Part shown: in pieces, positions 52,276 to 64,000 of the stretch
Numbering within the stretch: the stretch's first letter is position 1
Layout of the letters: each line of letters opens with the position of its first letter
Assembly (NCBI RefSeq): GCF_006345805.1
Contig: NC_042997.1
Coordinates: 116,994,001-117,058,000, forward strand
Source of the DNA: Octopus sinensis
Lineage: Eukaryota
Length of the DNA: 64,000 bases
Reading direction: 5' to 3'
The notes under the pieces: model-generated
What the model was told of the DNA's origin: nothing
Databases searched by the model: none
What the model saw: only the letters and a program-made list of their open reading frames with translations
Program-made: the position numbers and the translations under genes

Positions 52276-53751
52276 ATATAGTGTGAAAGAGGGACAGAGA
52301 GAGAGAGAGAGAGACGTATATAAGCACGTAAATGCATAAATGCACTCACATACATGTGTGTATGTGAGATGGAGGAAGAGAGGGGGAAGAAAGAAAATCT
52401 GTTTGTTATGCTCGAGGTTTTTGTCAAAAGTTCCATCTCATGCAAAATTGCTTTCAATCAGCAGCTATTTACTGCAAGTTAATATACGCGTTTAGCATAT
52501 AAAAACGGTTCAGCAATTGGTGTTTGGAATAAGGTTGCAGCGACATCGATGACGATAGTAAAGGCTAAAACATCAATTTTAGGGTCAATTTTTTTTTTAC
52601 CTTTGTAAAGACATGAAGCTAACTACTGCAAGTAATTCTATCGTGGATTCTAAAGGTTTCGCTGTGAATTGTTCTGATAAGAAAATTTATTTCTAGCTTT
52701 AGCACAGGACTAATATTTTCGGGAAGGATATATTCAATATCATAGACATCCCTATGTGGTTGGTATTTATTTTATTAACCTCGACGTGATGGCAGAGAAA
52801 TGCATGTTTGTCAAAGAAAGAAATTGACAGCTTAACACGTACTTGCTATTGAATTAAACCGGAATAATTATTCCAGTTATGGAGATACTGAATTATAGAA
52901 ATCAATATAGTGGCAAAATAGTTATAACGACAGACGAAACGTCTTGCGATATTCAGCTACAGCACTTCTCTCCGAAGTCAATTACTGGGATCAATGTCAT
53001 CAACTAAATCTTTGTTCTCAAAATTACTTGCCTTGTCCCTAAATTAGAAACAATTATGAGGAGGGTTAAGATAACTTCTGTTGCTAACAAGAGTTATTAG
53101 CGAGTTCCCGACATACTTCTTAAACATGATTACAGTTACTCACATGTAATTTTGTTTAATGATCGCACTCTGATCACAAATGTTGTAAATATTATAAGCT
53201 AGCAATGGAAACTACGTGATTTCTCGACGGTTAAAATTAGCAACCGAAGCAGACCTATCTCTTTCAGATCCCACTCTGCCGTCTTGGAAAACTAAAAGAC
53301 GCTCCTGGCTAAAGGCTTCTTCCAGAGGTTGCCTCGATTAGCATCGTTAAGTTAAATCCACTCCAGCATATGGCTAATAGATTCATCGCTGCGATAAATT
53401 CAAATGACTTACAAATGTGAACCACATAGTTATTTTGCTAAATGTTTTCAGTTGTAAATGATTCATACAGTGAAAATCCTTTTTTATACACGTGATACTA
53501 TTTACAATAGTGCAGTGATGCATCAAAATATATAAAGAGCCAGTTTGCTATTTTATACATGTCTCCCATTCACTTCCAGCGTAATTATCTTGTAGTTACT
53601 TGTTTTCTGTTGAATACATATATACATGATTTCACGCTATAGTTTTTACAATCTTCGTTTGCATCCAAGCATTTCTTTAGAGGTACTGTGGTTGCATTAA
53701 TAGTTACATCCTTGCTATATAAACTTTAGAAATATGCGTTCGAAATAAGAC

Positions 53752-54104
53752 GGTGAGCTGGCAGAAACGTTAGAACTCTGGGCGAAATGCTTACCGGTAT
53801 TTCGTCTGCCGTTACGTTCTGAGTTCAAATTCCGCCGAGGTCGACTTTGCCTTTCATCCTTTCGGGGTCGATTAAATAAGTACCAGTTACGTACTGGGGT
53901 CGATATAATGGACTTAATCTGTTTGTCTGTCCTTGTTTGTCCTCTCTGTATTTAGCCCCTTGTGGGTAGTAAAGAAATAGGTATTTCGTCTGTTTTTACG
54001 TTCTGAGTTCAAATTCCGCCGAGGTCGACTTTGCTTTTCATCCTTTCGGGGTCGATAAATTAAGTGCCAGTTGCGTACTGGGATCAATCTAATAGACTGA
54101 CCCC
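53752..54104 (+). mobile_element. SINE family B, head plus body plus partial second body
   Basis: ggtgagctggcagaaacgttag head; the body restarts at 53981 (gtatttcgtctg). Confidence 0.93.
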
Positions 54105-54329
54105 TTCTTCAAACATTTCGGGCTGGTTTCTAACAAAGATACAAAACTCCATCGTTGGGCTATAGATGTATTAAAAACAATATCACATGTTGAACATGAG
54201 AGAGTCTCCCATACTTCTACCCTTCCACTTACAGATTGCATTTTAAAAGTGCGAGTTGTCCTTCCTTTGATTTTCTGTTTATCGTGATTTATATTTTCCA
54301 TTGACACTGCGTGGTTAATATACCGTCTT

Positions 54330-55400
54330 AGTATTGATCTGTCGTTTTATGTACACTATACCTAATATCCAAGATTCCACATGGTTTTATGCCATCTTTA
54401 ATAACGTTTTGATTTCTTAACAGCTGTTCTTTATATTCATACATTCCGGCCTGCTTCTATGGTAAGATATTCAATATTTTCCAAAGGAAAATACAGCCTG
54501 TGAAAGAAAAAATATATTATGGCTTTATATGCGAACAAATAAGTGAAGTAGTTTGGAGTTCCTTTTGTTCATGTAGATTATGGTGTTTTGCCGTTTTTGT
54601 TTTAGAAAAATCACTCCGTTTGTCCCTTGAGTAACCACTCGGGTGTTGATTTTTATCTCTTGAATAATCTAATTTTGTTGCTGAAATTTCATGTTAAATT
54701 AGTGAGTCTGTCAAAAAGTGTAATTGTCTATATTACATTAGTGGTATGCCATTACATTGGTAAATTTGACACTGATTATGCAGGTCTTGTGTTCCTGTAG
54801 ACTTTTTGTGTTCCCTTTTATTGATTATAATTCTATGCGTTGGGAATCTTTATTTTGTTATTTATTTTGTGCCCAATATAACTGGATTAACAGTTAGTAT
54901 GACTATCACTGTTGTATTTCTTTTTTTTTTTTATTGATGTCCTAGTAGAATGTTTTAGCATTTATGATCAATGATTTATATTTTCAAGCAGCAATAATTC
55001 ATAATGTATTATTTGTTTGAATCTTTTATTTTTCTTTTCTCAAGATCAGTTGTTTCAATTTTTCTATCAGTTCCCGGCTATCTTATATTTTCTTTGTATT
55101 GTATTTCATTGATATTTCTGTCTTTCTTATTATTCCTCATTTTCTATTTTGCTGGGCAAAAAGATTTTCTCATTATATCAAATTTATATTGCATTTTATA
55201 TTTTATTTATCGAGCCTTTGGATGGACCGAGTGAGAGGTAACTTACTGTAAAAGAATGAAACCTACACCCAAGAGCAAATTCAGTTATTTAATGAATTAA
55301 CATCCAAGTGTTTTTTTCTGTTCAAATAATTTATCGCGTGTCGCTACCACTATATGGCGATAATTTCTCGGAGAACTTTGTCTATTGGTTGCTTGAAGAG
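54330..55400 (-). mobile_element. R4/Dong-like LINE, decayed pre-RT/RT segment
   Basis: A-rich minus strand with remnants KSTG, TPEWLLKG, and LP*KQAG..YKEQLL resembling RT-0/1 motifs (TPEWL..G.T, EQKG..GCKDQLL). Confidence 0.5.
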
Positions 55401-55448
55401 ATGTTTGTGTGTCCATCCATATTTACTGATTAGTCCCACTTTCTTTTG

Positions 55449-55945
55449 CTGTTGTTGTAGTTATCATTATTATTGTTGTTGTTGTTAATTAGCAATGCTA
55501 TTTTTATTGCGTGCTATTACTGCATTACCGAGTGCAGCTCTATGTGCCTTGCGCACATGCATTTTTTTGTTTTGACTTTCGTTATTTTTACTATATGGAA
55601 AATACTCTGCATGATATGTATGCACTGCCTAGCAGTGCTATCCTCTCTATATTATGCATATTTGTGTATGATGATGTTTTGCTTATGTTTTTGTCTGCAT
55701 GATTTTTAATTTTTCCCCGAGCATCTATTATAATAGGAACTGTACTGTTTTCAGGACATATATTCGCGTTTTCTCTATTTTCATATTTGGATAATTGCTC
55801 CAAATATAGGAAAATTTATTTCTTTAAGAAATTACATTATCATATGCTGCAACTGATATGTCGATTAGGAAGCATTTCTTTCGAGGTTGACCTTGTACTT
55901 GACAACTATACCTGTTCGATTAATCTAGATTTCCGTCTGTGTGTG
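55449..55945 (-). mobile_element. R4/Dong-like LINE 3' end (REL endonuclease C-terminus, 3'UTR, (AAC/AAT)n tail)
   Basis: KCFLIDISV, EQLSKY, VPIIIDARG.IK, NIERIALLGSAYI match the REL C-terminus (EKLSKY...PIIIGALG...IQKIALLGTAHI). Confidence 0.75.
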
Positions 55946-56139
55946 TCGGCACGGTATGGCTGACTTGCTGTCGTCGGAGACGAAAAATTGGGCAGTAACC
56001 ACAGAGGTAACCACAGAAAATTAGATCTCCAACAGATCTACCCTTTCATAAATACTATAAACCAAGAAATAATTGCCGTTAAGAATACTGTACGTCGAAA
56101 ATGTAGATAAGTGGACTGAAAAGGTACAGAACTACACAG

Positions 56140-56300
56140 GTTTTGAAAATTTAATAGAATGTTTCCGTCTATCAAATCCGCTCACAAGGCTTTGTTTGTC
56201 CCGAAGATATAGCGGAAAACACTCGCTCAAGATACCACGCAGTAGACTGAACCCGAAACCATATTGTTGAGAAACAAGCTTCTTATCACACGGCCACGCC
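56140..56300 (-). mobile_element. SINE family A head fragment
   Basis: tttccgtctatcaaatccgctcacaaggc...accacgcagtagactgaacccg...ttatcacacggccacgcc. Confidence 0.8.
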
Positions 56301-56337
56301 GGAAAACAGTAATAATAATAATAAAAAGAAGAAGAAT

Positions 56338-56390
<53 letters not shown>

Positions 56391-57516
56391 TGTGAGTGTA
56401 TTAAAATCAGTTGAGCACCGGACTGTAACATTTACCTACGGCTGATTTTATGTTATAACTCTAACAAAGTTAGCTTCTCTTTTATTCTTTCTGTAATGGA
56501 TGAACTAAAGTAACACTTTAGTTCTGAGGTCTGCCAGTTTAAAATTCCTATAAAGCATTTTAAGTGTAAATGGGATAATAATGATAGAGATCTGTATAAA
56601 GTGAAGACGGTGTTTAATCTCAAATCATCCAACGTTTTCCAGCCGTGACCATTCCGACTTTTTTCAGGCACGCTGTATCGAGGAATATGTTGTGCTGTTT
56701 CATTCTATTTCTGAACGCTGTGCTGTAAGGCAGATTGTCAGCTACTTCTTGTTGGAAATGCAGCTCAAATTCACTTAGCTTTGATGTTAATAAAAACAAA
56801 TTATATCAAACAGAACATGTTTATTGAATAACAAGCAAAAACCCTTCAAGTGATTAGATATAGCATCTCAGACTAACTTTTAAAGGATAACCATATAATC
56901 TATTTATATTTGGGACACAACTCAACTTTCATTGCAGCGATCGATTTGTGTTAACCATCACGAAATGCCCTCAAATATAACTATAGGCCCTGTTTTGATA
57001 AATACAAGGATGAGTATAGCAACGAATGTACCATTTTTATTACGGTATGTTGTTGCAGATATGGATGGAATATTGATATTTTTCAGGATCGATGTGATAT
57101 TATGCTTTGTTTTTGCTTTTAAATTAGTTTGTGTATGAAGCAAAAATCATAAATCACATTAGAAACATTATAGAAATAGATAAAGTTAAGAAATTAAATA
57201 AACTTTAGTTGTCGTGAGGGGTGAAAATGCGATTTGACAGTAATATAATAAAATAAAGGTGGATGATGGGGGTAAATACGTTGAAAAGCGGAGACAGGAG
57301 ATAGAGGAGGGGATGATCGCAGTGATGTTGAGAACGAAGAGTATATAGTAAGAAAGGGAATCGAGAAAGATGTTCTCGGTTTGAGAGATGGCTGGAAGCT
57401 GGAGTTGCTTACGATGAGGAGATTGGTGTGAGGTTGCTGAAGAAGAGGATGCTGTGTTGTGTAAGATAATCATTCGTTTTCGAGTTTGAAATTTTGGGCT
57501 GTCTGTTTGTCTGTCC

Positions 57517-57563
<47 letters not shown>

Positions 57564-58638
57564 ACACACACATATACACATGTGTGTATGAGTGTGTATT
57601 TACCTCGTACCAGTATAGTGAGGATTATGAATAGTAAAGCAATATACTCATTGCAGAGCTCTGAAATTGATTACAAAATCTTGACCAAAGTGTTTTTTGA
57701 GGGAATTTCTTCGCTATACGTATGGCCTCTGGACAAGGATTAGTTATGCAATCAAGTAAGCGGGAAATCTCGTTGAATCTAACATTTTCGAAGTAATATT
57801 TTGTAAAGAATTCATTCAGCAACATTAAAGTGATTTGATATATGAATTTTCGCGTGAAACTTAACGTCGCGAAATGTCATGACATTTGTATTACAGTAAA
57901 AGTGCTACAGAATATATAACGAAAGTCCAACGTATCACTGACGTTGAATTCCTGTAATGAGTTTATTTAGATACATAAATAAATCTTAATTCTCAAGCCA
58001 CCATGATGTATTGATAGATAGAAATTTAAGCCGAATCTGTAGCTATTAATAGAACATAGGAAATGTGGTAGTTTCGGAAAGAAAATCTAGTTTTATTTTT
58101 AATAATTCAAATGGATTTTAATACGCAATACTAGATTATTTTCTTGGTAGCTCATCATATTTTATTGAATAGTTTCAATGTAAAATGTCCTAACCGTGCT
58201 GAAATTTCTGATTTTTTCCATTAGTTATTCAGTAAAAAAAAAAGAAAAGAATGTATATTTTATATTACGTACCTTTTATGTCTGGTCGTAGTTATAATTT
58301 TGATTATCTTTTAGAAAAAGAATATATATCTGCGAATTTATGAAACAATTTAAAGATTTTATGTTACAATAAGAGCCTGCCAAAACAATTAAAACGGCAT
58401 TAACTTCGTTTACTTTCGCTGAATTGAATACCAGCAAACGAAAGTTAATATGTCACTGGAAGTAACGCTCGGATTGATCAATAATTATGCGAGAACTTTT
58501 ATTTAGAATCTTCGAATCGGAAATCTACACGGATCCTTTGCCTAGAAGAATAATCATCCACCAAAAGTAGGACAGCAATTTGGCCGCATTTCAAGTATGA
58601 ACTAAGACTCCGGCCTGGGATTTAGTACTATCATCCAT

Positions 58639-58640
<2 letters not shown>

Positions 58641-58680
<40 letters not shown>

Positions 58681-58690
58681 TGTGTGTGTG

Positions 58691-58754
<64 letters not shown>
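58641..58754. repeat. (GT)n microsatellite
   Basis: Direct reading. Confidence 0.98.
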
Positions 58755-58755
<1 letters not shown>

Positions 58756-59020
58756 TTACACCAGAGTAAGCACATAAATATGAAATAAGGTAGGAAGAAA
58801 ATAGAACTCGAATGCTGGAGGTAGAGTAATATGCTTTATTATTAAAGCTGCAAAAACATCAGTAAAAATATCACAAAAAACTGCTACTCAGAGTAACACA
58901 TCGCCGGACAGTTTTGATTGAGAATGTTTTCATTGGTTCTCAATCAAAACTGTCCGACGAATGAGAACGTGAAACTCTGAGTAACAGCTATTTGTGATAT
59001 TTTTGTGATGTTTTTGCAGC
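58755..59020. mobile_element. Penelope-like terminal repeat relic with inverted duplication
   Basis: Imperfect arms 58847-58924 / 58937-59020 (inner 20 bp perfect). The minus strand has AATAAA and a tail into (CA)n; a hammerhead-like core lies in the right arm. Confidence 0.6.
58950..58987 (+). ncRNA. Minimal hammerhead-like motif with CCGACGA core
   Basis: cugu-CCGACGA-aug agaa cgu-GAAA-cuc u gag-UA-acag: correct topology, one core deviation (U4C). Confidence 0.45.
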
Positions 59021-59152
59021 GCAGGCTATATTATTAGCATTATCCTGCGTTTGAGAATTTAAGGAATTTAAAATCACTACTTTAACTTTCTAAGGCATCC
59101 TAACGCTTCTAAAGCAAACTTTGTTTGTTTGTTTGTTTACGTTCATCGTAAT

Positions 59153-59185
<33 letters not shown>

Positions 59186-59187
<2 letters not shown>

Positions 59188-60145
59188 CTTAGATAAACTT
59201 GGATATGTTTCGACCAAAGATTGGTCCAGGCCATGTCTAACTTAATAGCACCACCTGATAGGATTATTCGAATCCTGTTTAAGTCAAGTTTTGTTTATGG
59301 TCCATTCAAGTAGTGAGTTCTTGTTGGGTGAGTTGTATCCAATTATGGATGGCTTATCTGGTATTCTTTGAAGGAATCTATCCAGACTCCGTTTAAAGTT
59401 GATGGGATCCTTTTCCTCTTTGATCTCTTTCAGGACAACGTTAAATAGGGCAGGGCCTGTTGAGGAAAAGAAATTATGTTGCAGTGTACATGTATGCTGT
59501 GATCTTGAATTGGGCAGGTGACGTATGGCCCGTGGTCCCAGTCTTGAATGAACCTTGAAGCTAATGTTCAGGTCGTTTGGGCAAAGTTGGAGGTATATTC
59601 TCTACATCGTACAAATGATGTATTGTTAGAGGCTGTGAGCGATTCCCCTGAAGGAAGACAGTATGGCTGTTTTAGTGAGGAATTTCTTCCAAAATGCATC
59701 AGCTCAAATTTTCCCTCGTTCAGTTGCATTTTGTTTCTATCTGCCCATTGACTCACAGCATATAGATCAGACTGGAGTTGAGTTCGGTCTGCTTCTTCAT
59801 TGACGATTTGCTGGAGCTTAGTGTCATCAGCAAATATTTTCACTTTGCAGTAATGTACGACACTGGAAATTTATGTAAATTATGAAGAGTAGCGGACCCA
59901 AGACAGTCCCCTGGGGGACACCGCTGGTGACTTTTGCTGGGCTTGAGTGGACTCCATCAACTACAACATGTTGTGTTGTATTCGCCAGGAAATACTTAAT
60001 TCAGTGTAGAACTTTTCCACGGATTCCAACATTTGCCAATTTTGAGAGTAGGATATTATGGTCTACCCTGTCGAACGCTTTACTGAAGTCAAGATATATG
60101 ACGTCAGAGTTAGAACCTGTTCCCAAGGCTTTGATTACATCTTCA
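59186..60145 (-). mobile_element. CR1-type LINE, RT-bearing 3' fragment with internal deletion (copy 2)
   Basis: [36 protein letters not shown], then a jump at about 59620 to the 3' end. 3' stem-loop gaccaa-tct-ttggtc; (AT)n at both ends. Confidence 0.92.
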
Positions 60146-60175
60146 ATATATATATATATATGTGTGTATATATAT

Positions 60176-60378
60176 AAATAAATTGGTAAAAACTATAAGA
60201 TAACAAAAGAAAGAAAGAGACCTCAATGTTAAATAATTGAGGAATTTATCTGTAAAATAATATGTGACAATTGTTCAGTAGCTAAGATAACCGAAGAGAT
60301 GGTGGTGTGGATTTCCACTTCGGCATCCGAAGCATCCGAGTTTTATCTTGGCTACTGAATAATTGTCACATATTATTT

Positions 60379-60382
<4 letters not shown>
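60176..60382. mobile_element. Penelope-like fold-back relic between (AT)n tracts
   Basis: 40-bp inverted arms 60251-60290 / 60343-60382 enclose a degenerate hammerhead topology. Confidence 0.55.
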
Positions 60383-60435
<53 letters not shown>

Positions 60436-60437
60436 AT

Positions 60438-60491
<54 letters not shown>

Positions 60492-60546
60492 TATATATAT
60501 ATATATATATAATATATATATATATTATATATATATATATATATAT
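60383..60546. repeat. Interrupted (TA)n microsatellite
   Basis: Direct reading. Confidence 0.97.
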
Positions 60547-61376
60547 CGGGAGTAAAACAGCCCAACAAACATAAATTTTAAAACGGCATAAGGCTGAACA
60601 TTTGTAGATGGTGGTGTACGGTCAATTGAATTATCCTAAATATATAACAGGGACGGGACATGTTTTTCTTATTTTGGCATGCAATATGGTCTTCATTGAG
60701 ATTTGAACTCCAAAGTCTGAGAAAGGATCTTTATGCTCTTAGGCATATTATCGAGAGCTCTGCTGTATTTGCCACTCCGTCGCTCATGAACTGTCACATG
60801 GTAATGCCATGGAATGATAGATAGTGTAATAGAAAAGTCATTTTATTATATCTAATGCCATCTGTTATGGTCGTCAAGACACCTCTATACAATTAAACAA
60901 AGGATCTTTATAAACATTTCTTTTCACAGACACTGCAGGGCGTATTTCTTAATAAAGTGATCTCAGATATATTGAATTCACAACAAATATTGCCAAATAA
61001 TAACGATCAGAAACACCGTGAATAAAGGATCCTTATAAACACACATAGACGCGTACACACACTTACAAATAAATGCTCATACATGCATTGTATACATACA
61101 TACATACATACATACATACATACATACATACATACATACATACATACATTCATGTGTGTGTGTGTGTGGAGACAGAGGTCTGTGTTTAAGTTTCATTTGA
61201 GAAAGTAGAAATTCTCATACATCTATATTTTCACATCTACACATATAGAGTATGTTGTTCCCAGTATATATAGACGCTTATGTGTACATGTATCAACAGT
61301 AGCTCTACCTCGAGATATTGAGAACTGTCCGCAGATTAAAATGCAGCATTTAAAATGTTTAAAGTTTTATATATAT

Positions 61377-61790
61377 CGCAGGCGTGGTTGTGTGGTAAGA
61401 AGCTTGCTTCCCAACCACATGATTCCAGGTTCATTCCCTCTGCACGGCAACTTGGGTAAGTGGTAACTGTCTTCTTATATAGCCTCGGGCCGACCAAAGC
61501 CTTGTGAGTGGATTTAGTAGACGGAAACCGAAAGAAGCACTTCGTATATATATATATATATATATGCATTGATGTGTCTGTGTTTGCCCCCTCCCCCAAC
61601 ATCACTTGACAACCGATGTTGGTGTGTGTACGTCACCGTAACTTAGCGGTTCGGCAAATATTTCGATAGAATAAGTACTAGGCTTACAAACAATAAGTGC
61701 TGAGGTCGATTTGTTAGACTAAAGGCGGTGCTCCAGTATGGCCGCAATCAAAACGACTGAAACGAGTAAAAGAATGAAAGAATAAAAGAA
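61377..61790 (+). mobile_element. SINE family A, full length
   Basis: cgcaggcgtggttgtgtggtaagaagcttgcttcccaaccacatg...gactgaaacgagtaaaagaa. Confidence 0.93.
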
Positions 61791-62082
61791 AGTGTGTGTT
61801 TGCATACTCACACAAACACAAAGAAACAAACAATACACACACACACATATTTGTGTGTGTGCGCGCGCGCGCATGCAAGCAACTGAGAGGAAGAATTAAT
61901 TTTTTTTTCAGTTACTGTACCATACGAATATCGATTATCTGGTTGGAAATCTCAAATAATAGTGAAGCCAAATAGCAATAGTGATAATAATTATTCTTAT
62001 TATTAATATGGTTATTATCAATGTACCTGCGCATATAGATTACAGATACACATAATTTAATATACATGCACTCACACACACA

Positions 62083-62084
<2 letters not shown>

Positions 62085-62157
<73 letters not shown>

Positions 62158-62200
62158 ATGTCTGTCTGTCTGTCTGAGTGTCTCTCTGTCTGTCTGTCTG
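62085..62200. repeat. (TCTA)n-(TCTG)n tetranucleotide repeat
   Basis: Direct reading. Confidence 0.97.
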
Positions 62201-63959
62201 TCTATAGCCATCAATGGCGTGGGTTTTTCTATTTTCAATGTTTTCTTCTCTTTCTTCCAATGAAATATCCCAGCGAAATGTTAAGACACTTCAATCTCTA
62301 TCTTTCTGAGCGTGAAACTAACAACAATTTTTATTGTATTTTGTCTTTTTATTCATGTTATTATCGTCCTGGTTATCATTATCTATGCATATATCCCTAC
62401 ATCTCCTGAGACCGTGTACTAAAACTGAAACAGCTGCAGCGCAGAAGGTAATATATTAGGTATATTCAAAGCACAAAAACTATTTCTTGTCTATATTTAT
62501 ATATGTCTAGAGAAAGATATGCTAGTGACTTTCATTGCTTCTTACTGGTTTAGTTACAGTTCGAGCTGTAGTTTCACACTTTCTAGACCTCACTCTTGAG
62601 GCGTAGGGCCCATCAAATTCTTAGGCTATGCGTCTCATTGGTGTGAGTTCAGAGTATAGCCACAAACTCACGAGTTTATTTATGTCAAAATGTCAGCTCC
62701 CTCTTGCAATTTGAGCTACAACAGAACTATCTTCTGACTGACAATGACTCAGGAACTAGGCTCTGGATGCTGGCTTAGATGAGTGGAGGTGCTTATCTCC
62801 CCCTTTGTAAACATAAAGACACAGGAGATGTGCCAAGGCCGACAGGAAGCGGTGCTGCTTCCTAGGGCTAAATAGCAGTAGTATTATTCCCTTTCATGGG
62901 ACTGTCACATTAAGTTGACAACATACCCCCGCTTAAATAAAGCTATTAGAAATTATAAATACCTGGAAACACATTTCATTTACAGTTAGGTCATTCATAT
63001 CTAAGACCACAGTCTCTTACGTTTATCTCTTGCCTTCCACCTAGTTATCATATCCCGAAACAACAGTTCACACACGCACACAAAAACTCATATATATATA
63101 TATATATACATATATATGTGTGTGTATATATACACATATTACGTTGAACTCATATAGACGCTAGATTATATCGCAAAGAAGATAGAATAATGAAACCACT
63201 CGTGAGATTTGAACCAATTACCCATCCGTATTCAGCGACAGTGTTATCAGATTTGGGACATAAATGTCTGATTACTTTTAACCGAACTTCTAATATTTAA
63301 TAAAGCTTTGCTATTGTGGTTTATGTTTCGTGTATTGGTATCTTGACAGCGAATCTGATAAAAGAAACTTTGATGTTGTTCACTCCACCCTTCTTGTTAT
63401 TGAATTAACCATAAAACAACAGGTGTCTGAATAACACCGCTTTGATAAACAGTTACATAATTTAAAGGATTCTAAGAACAAATAGTTCCCGACAATTTGT
63501 AAATGTCTAAAGAAGAATCGCGCAATATATTCACTTTCACAAACAATTCAAACTACGCGGTGAGATATAGATTTAAGAAATGTCATTTTGGACATTTTCC
63601 AGAAACAATAGATGTTATCATGTTACTCCGCCATTTTTTTTATCATTTAATCAACTCATTCATTTGGGTATATGTAAGACCAGGGTAAGTATATCATCAA
63701 TTCTCTTTTCTTTTACTTGCTCGTTCTAAAAGTAATGGTAGTACCTTTGGCCTTCGCAGCCTCTCCGAAACCGGGGATGCTGTTGCTATTTATGACCCTC
63801 TTGAAAACTTGTAAACCAGCACGTGTGTTTTATGTGTGACTATTTGAATATTCTATTAATAGCCTGGTATCTTTGAACAGTAGCAATCGTAAAACTGATT
63901 TAAAACTCTTCCAGTCATTGCGATGTCGAGAAATCTAACACGAACCCACATCCATCCAC

Positions 63960-64000
63960 ACTGGCACTCCGTCGATTACAAAGACGAGGGTTCCAGTCAA
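63960..64000 (-). mobile_element. SINE family C tail, cut by the window end
   Basis: ctggcactccgtcgattacaaagacgagggttccagt matches family C 3' ends. Confidence 0.8.

Overview
This is AT-rich, repeat-saturated eukaryotic genomic DNA. Inference from the SINE families, microsatellite load and LINE types points to an animal, most likely an octopus or other coleoid cephalopod. I found no prokaryotic genes, operons, CRISPR arrays, rRNA or genuine tRNA genes. Most entries in the ORF track are artefacts of (CA)n/(TA)n/(GA)n microsatellites or antisense frames of transposon relics. Supported content: dozens of tRNA-derived SINE copies (at least 3 head types plus a shared tail family), decayed LINE fragments (RTE, CR1, R4/Dong-like), a Tc1 relic, two rearranged mariner copies, two complete non-autonomous Helitrons and a 100-N assembly gap. 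No host gene could be identified, only a few low-confidence exon candidates (best: 30724-31127, +). The most interesting signal is four sequence-unrelated fold-back cassettes (16444-16643, 46543-46860, 58755-59020, 60176-60382). Each pairs a minimal type I hammerhead-ribozyme core (canonical or variant) with an inverted copy of its own downstream tail. This fits Penelope-like/retrozyme-type retroelement termini. All structures were folded by eye and none is experimentally or computationally validated.
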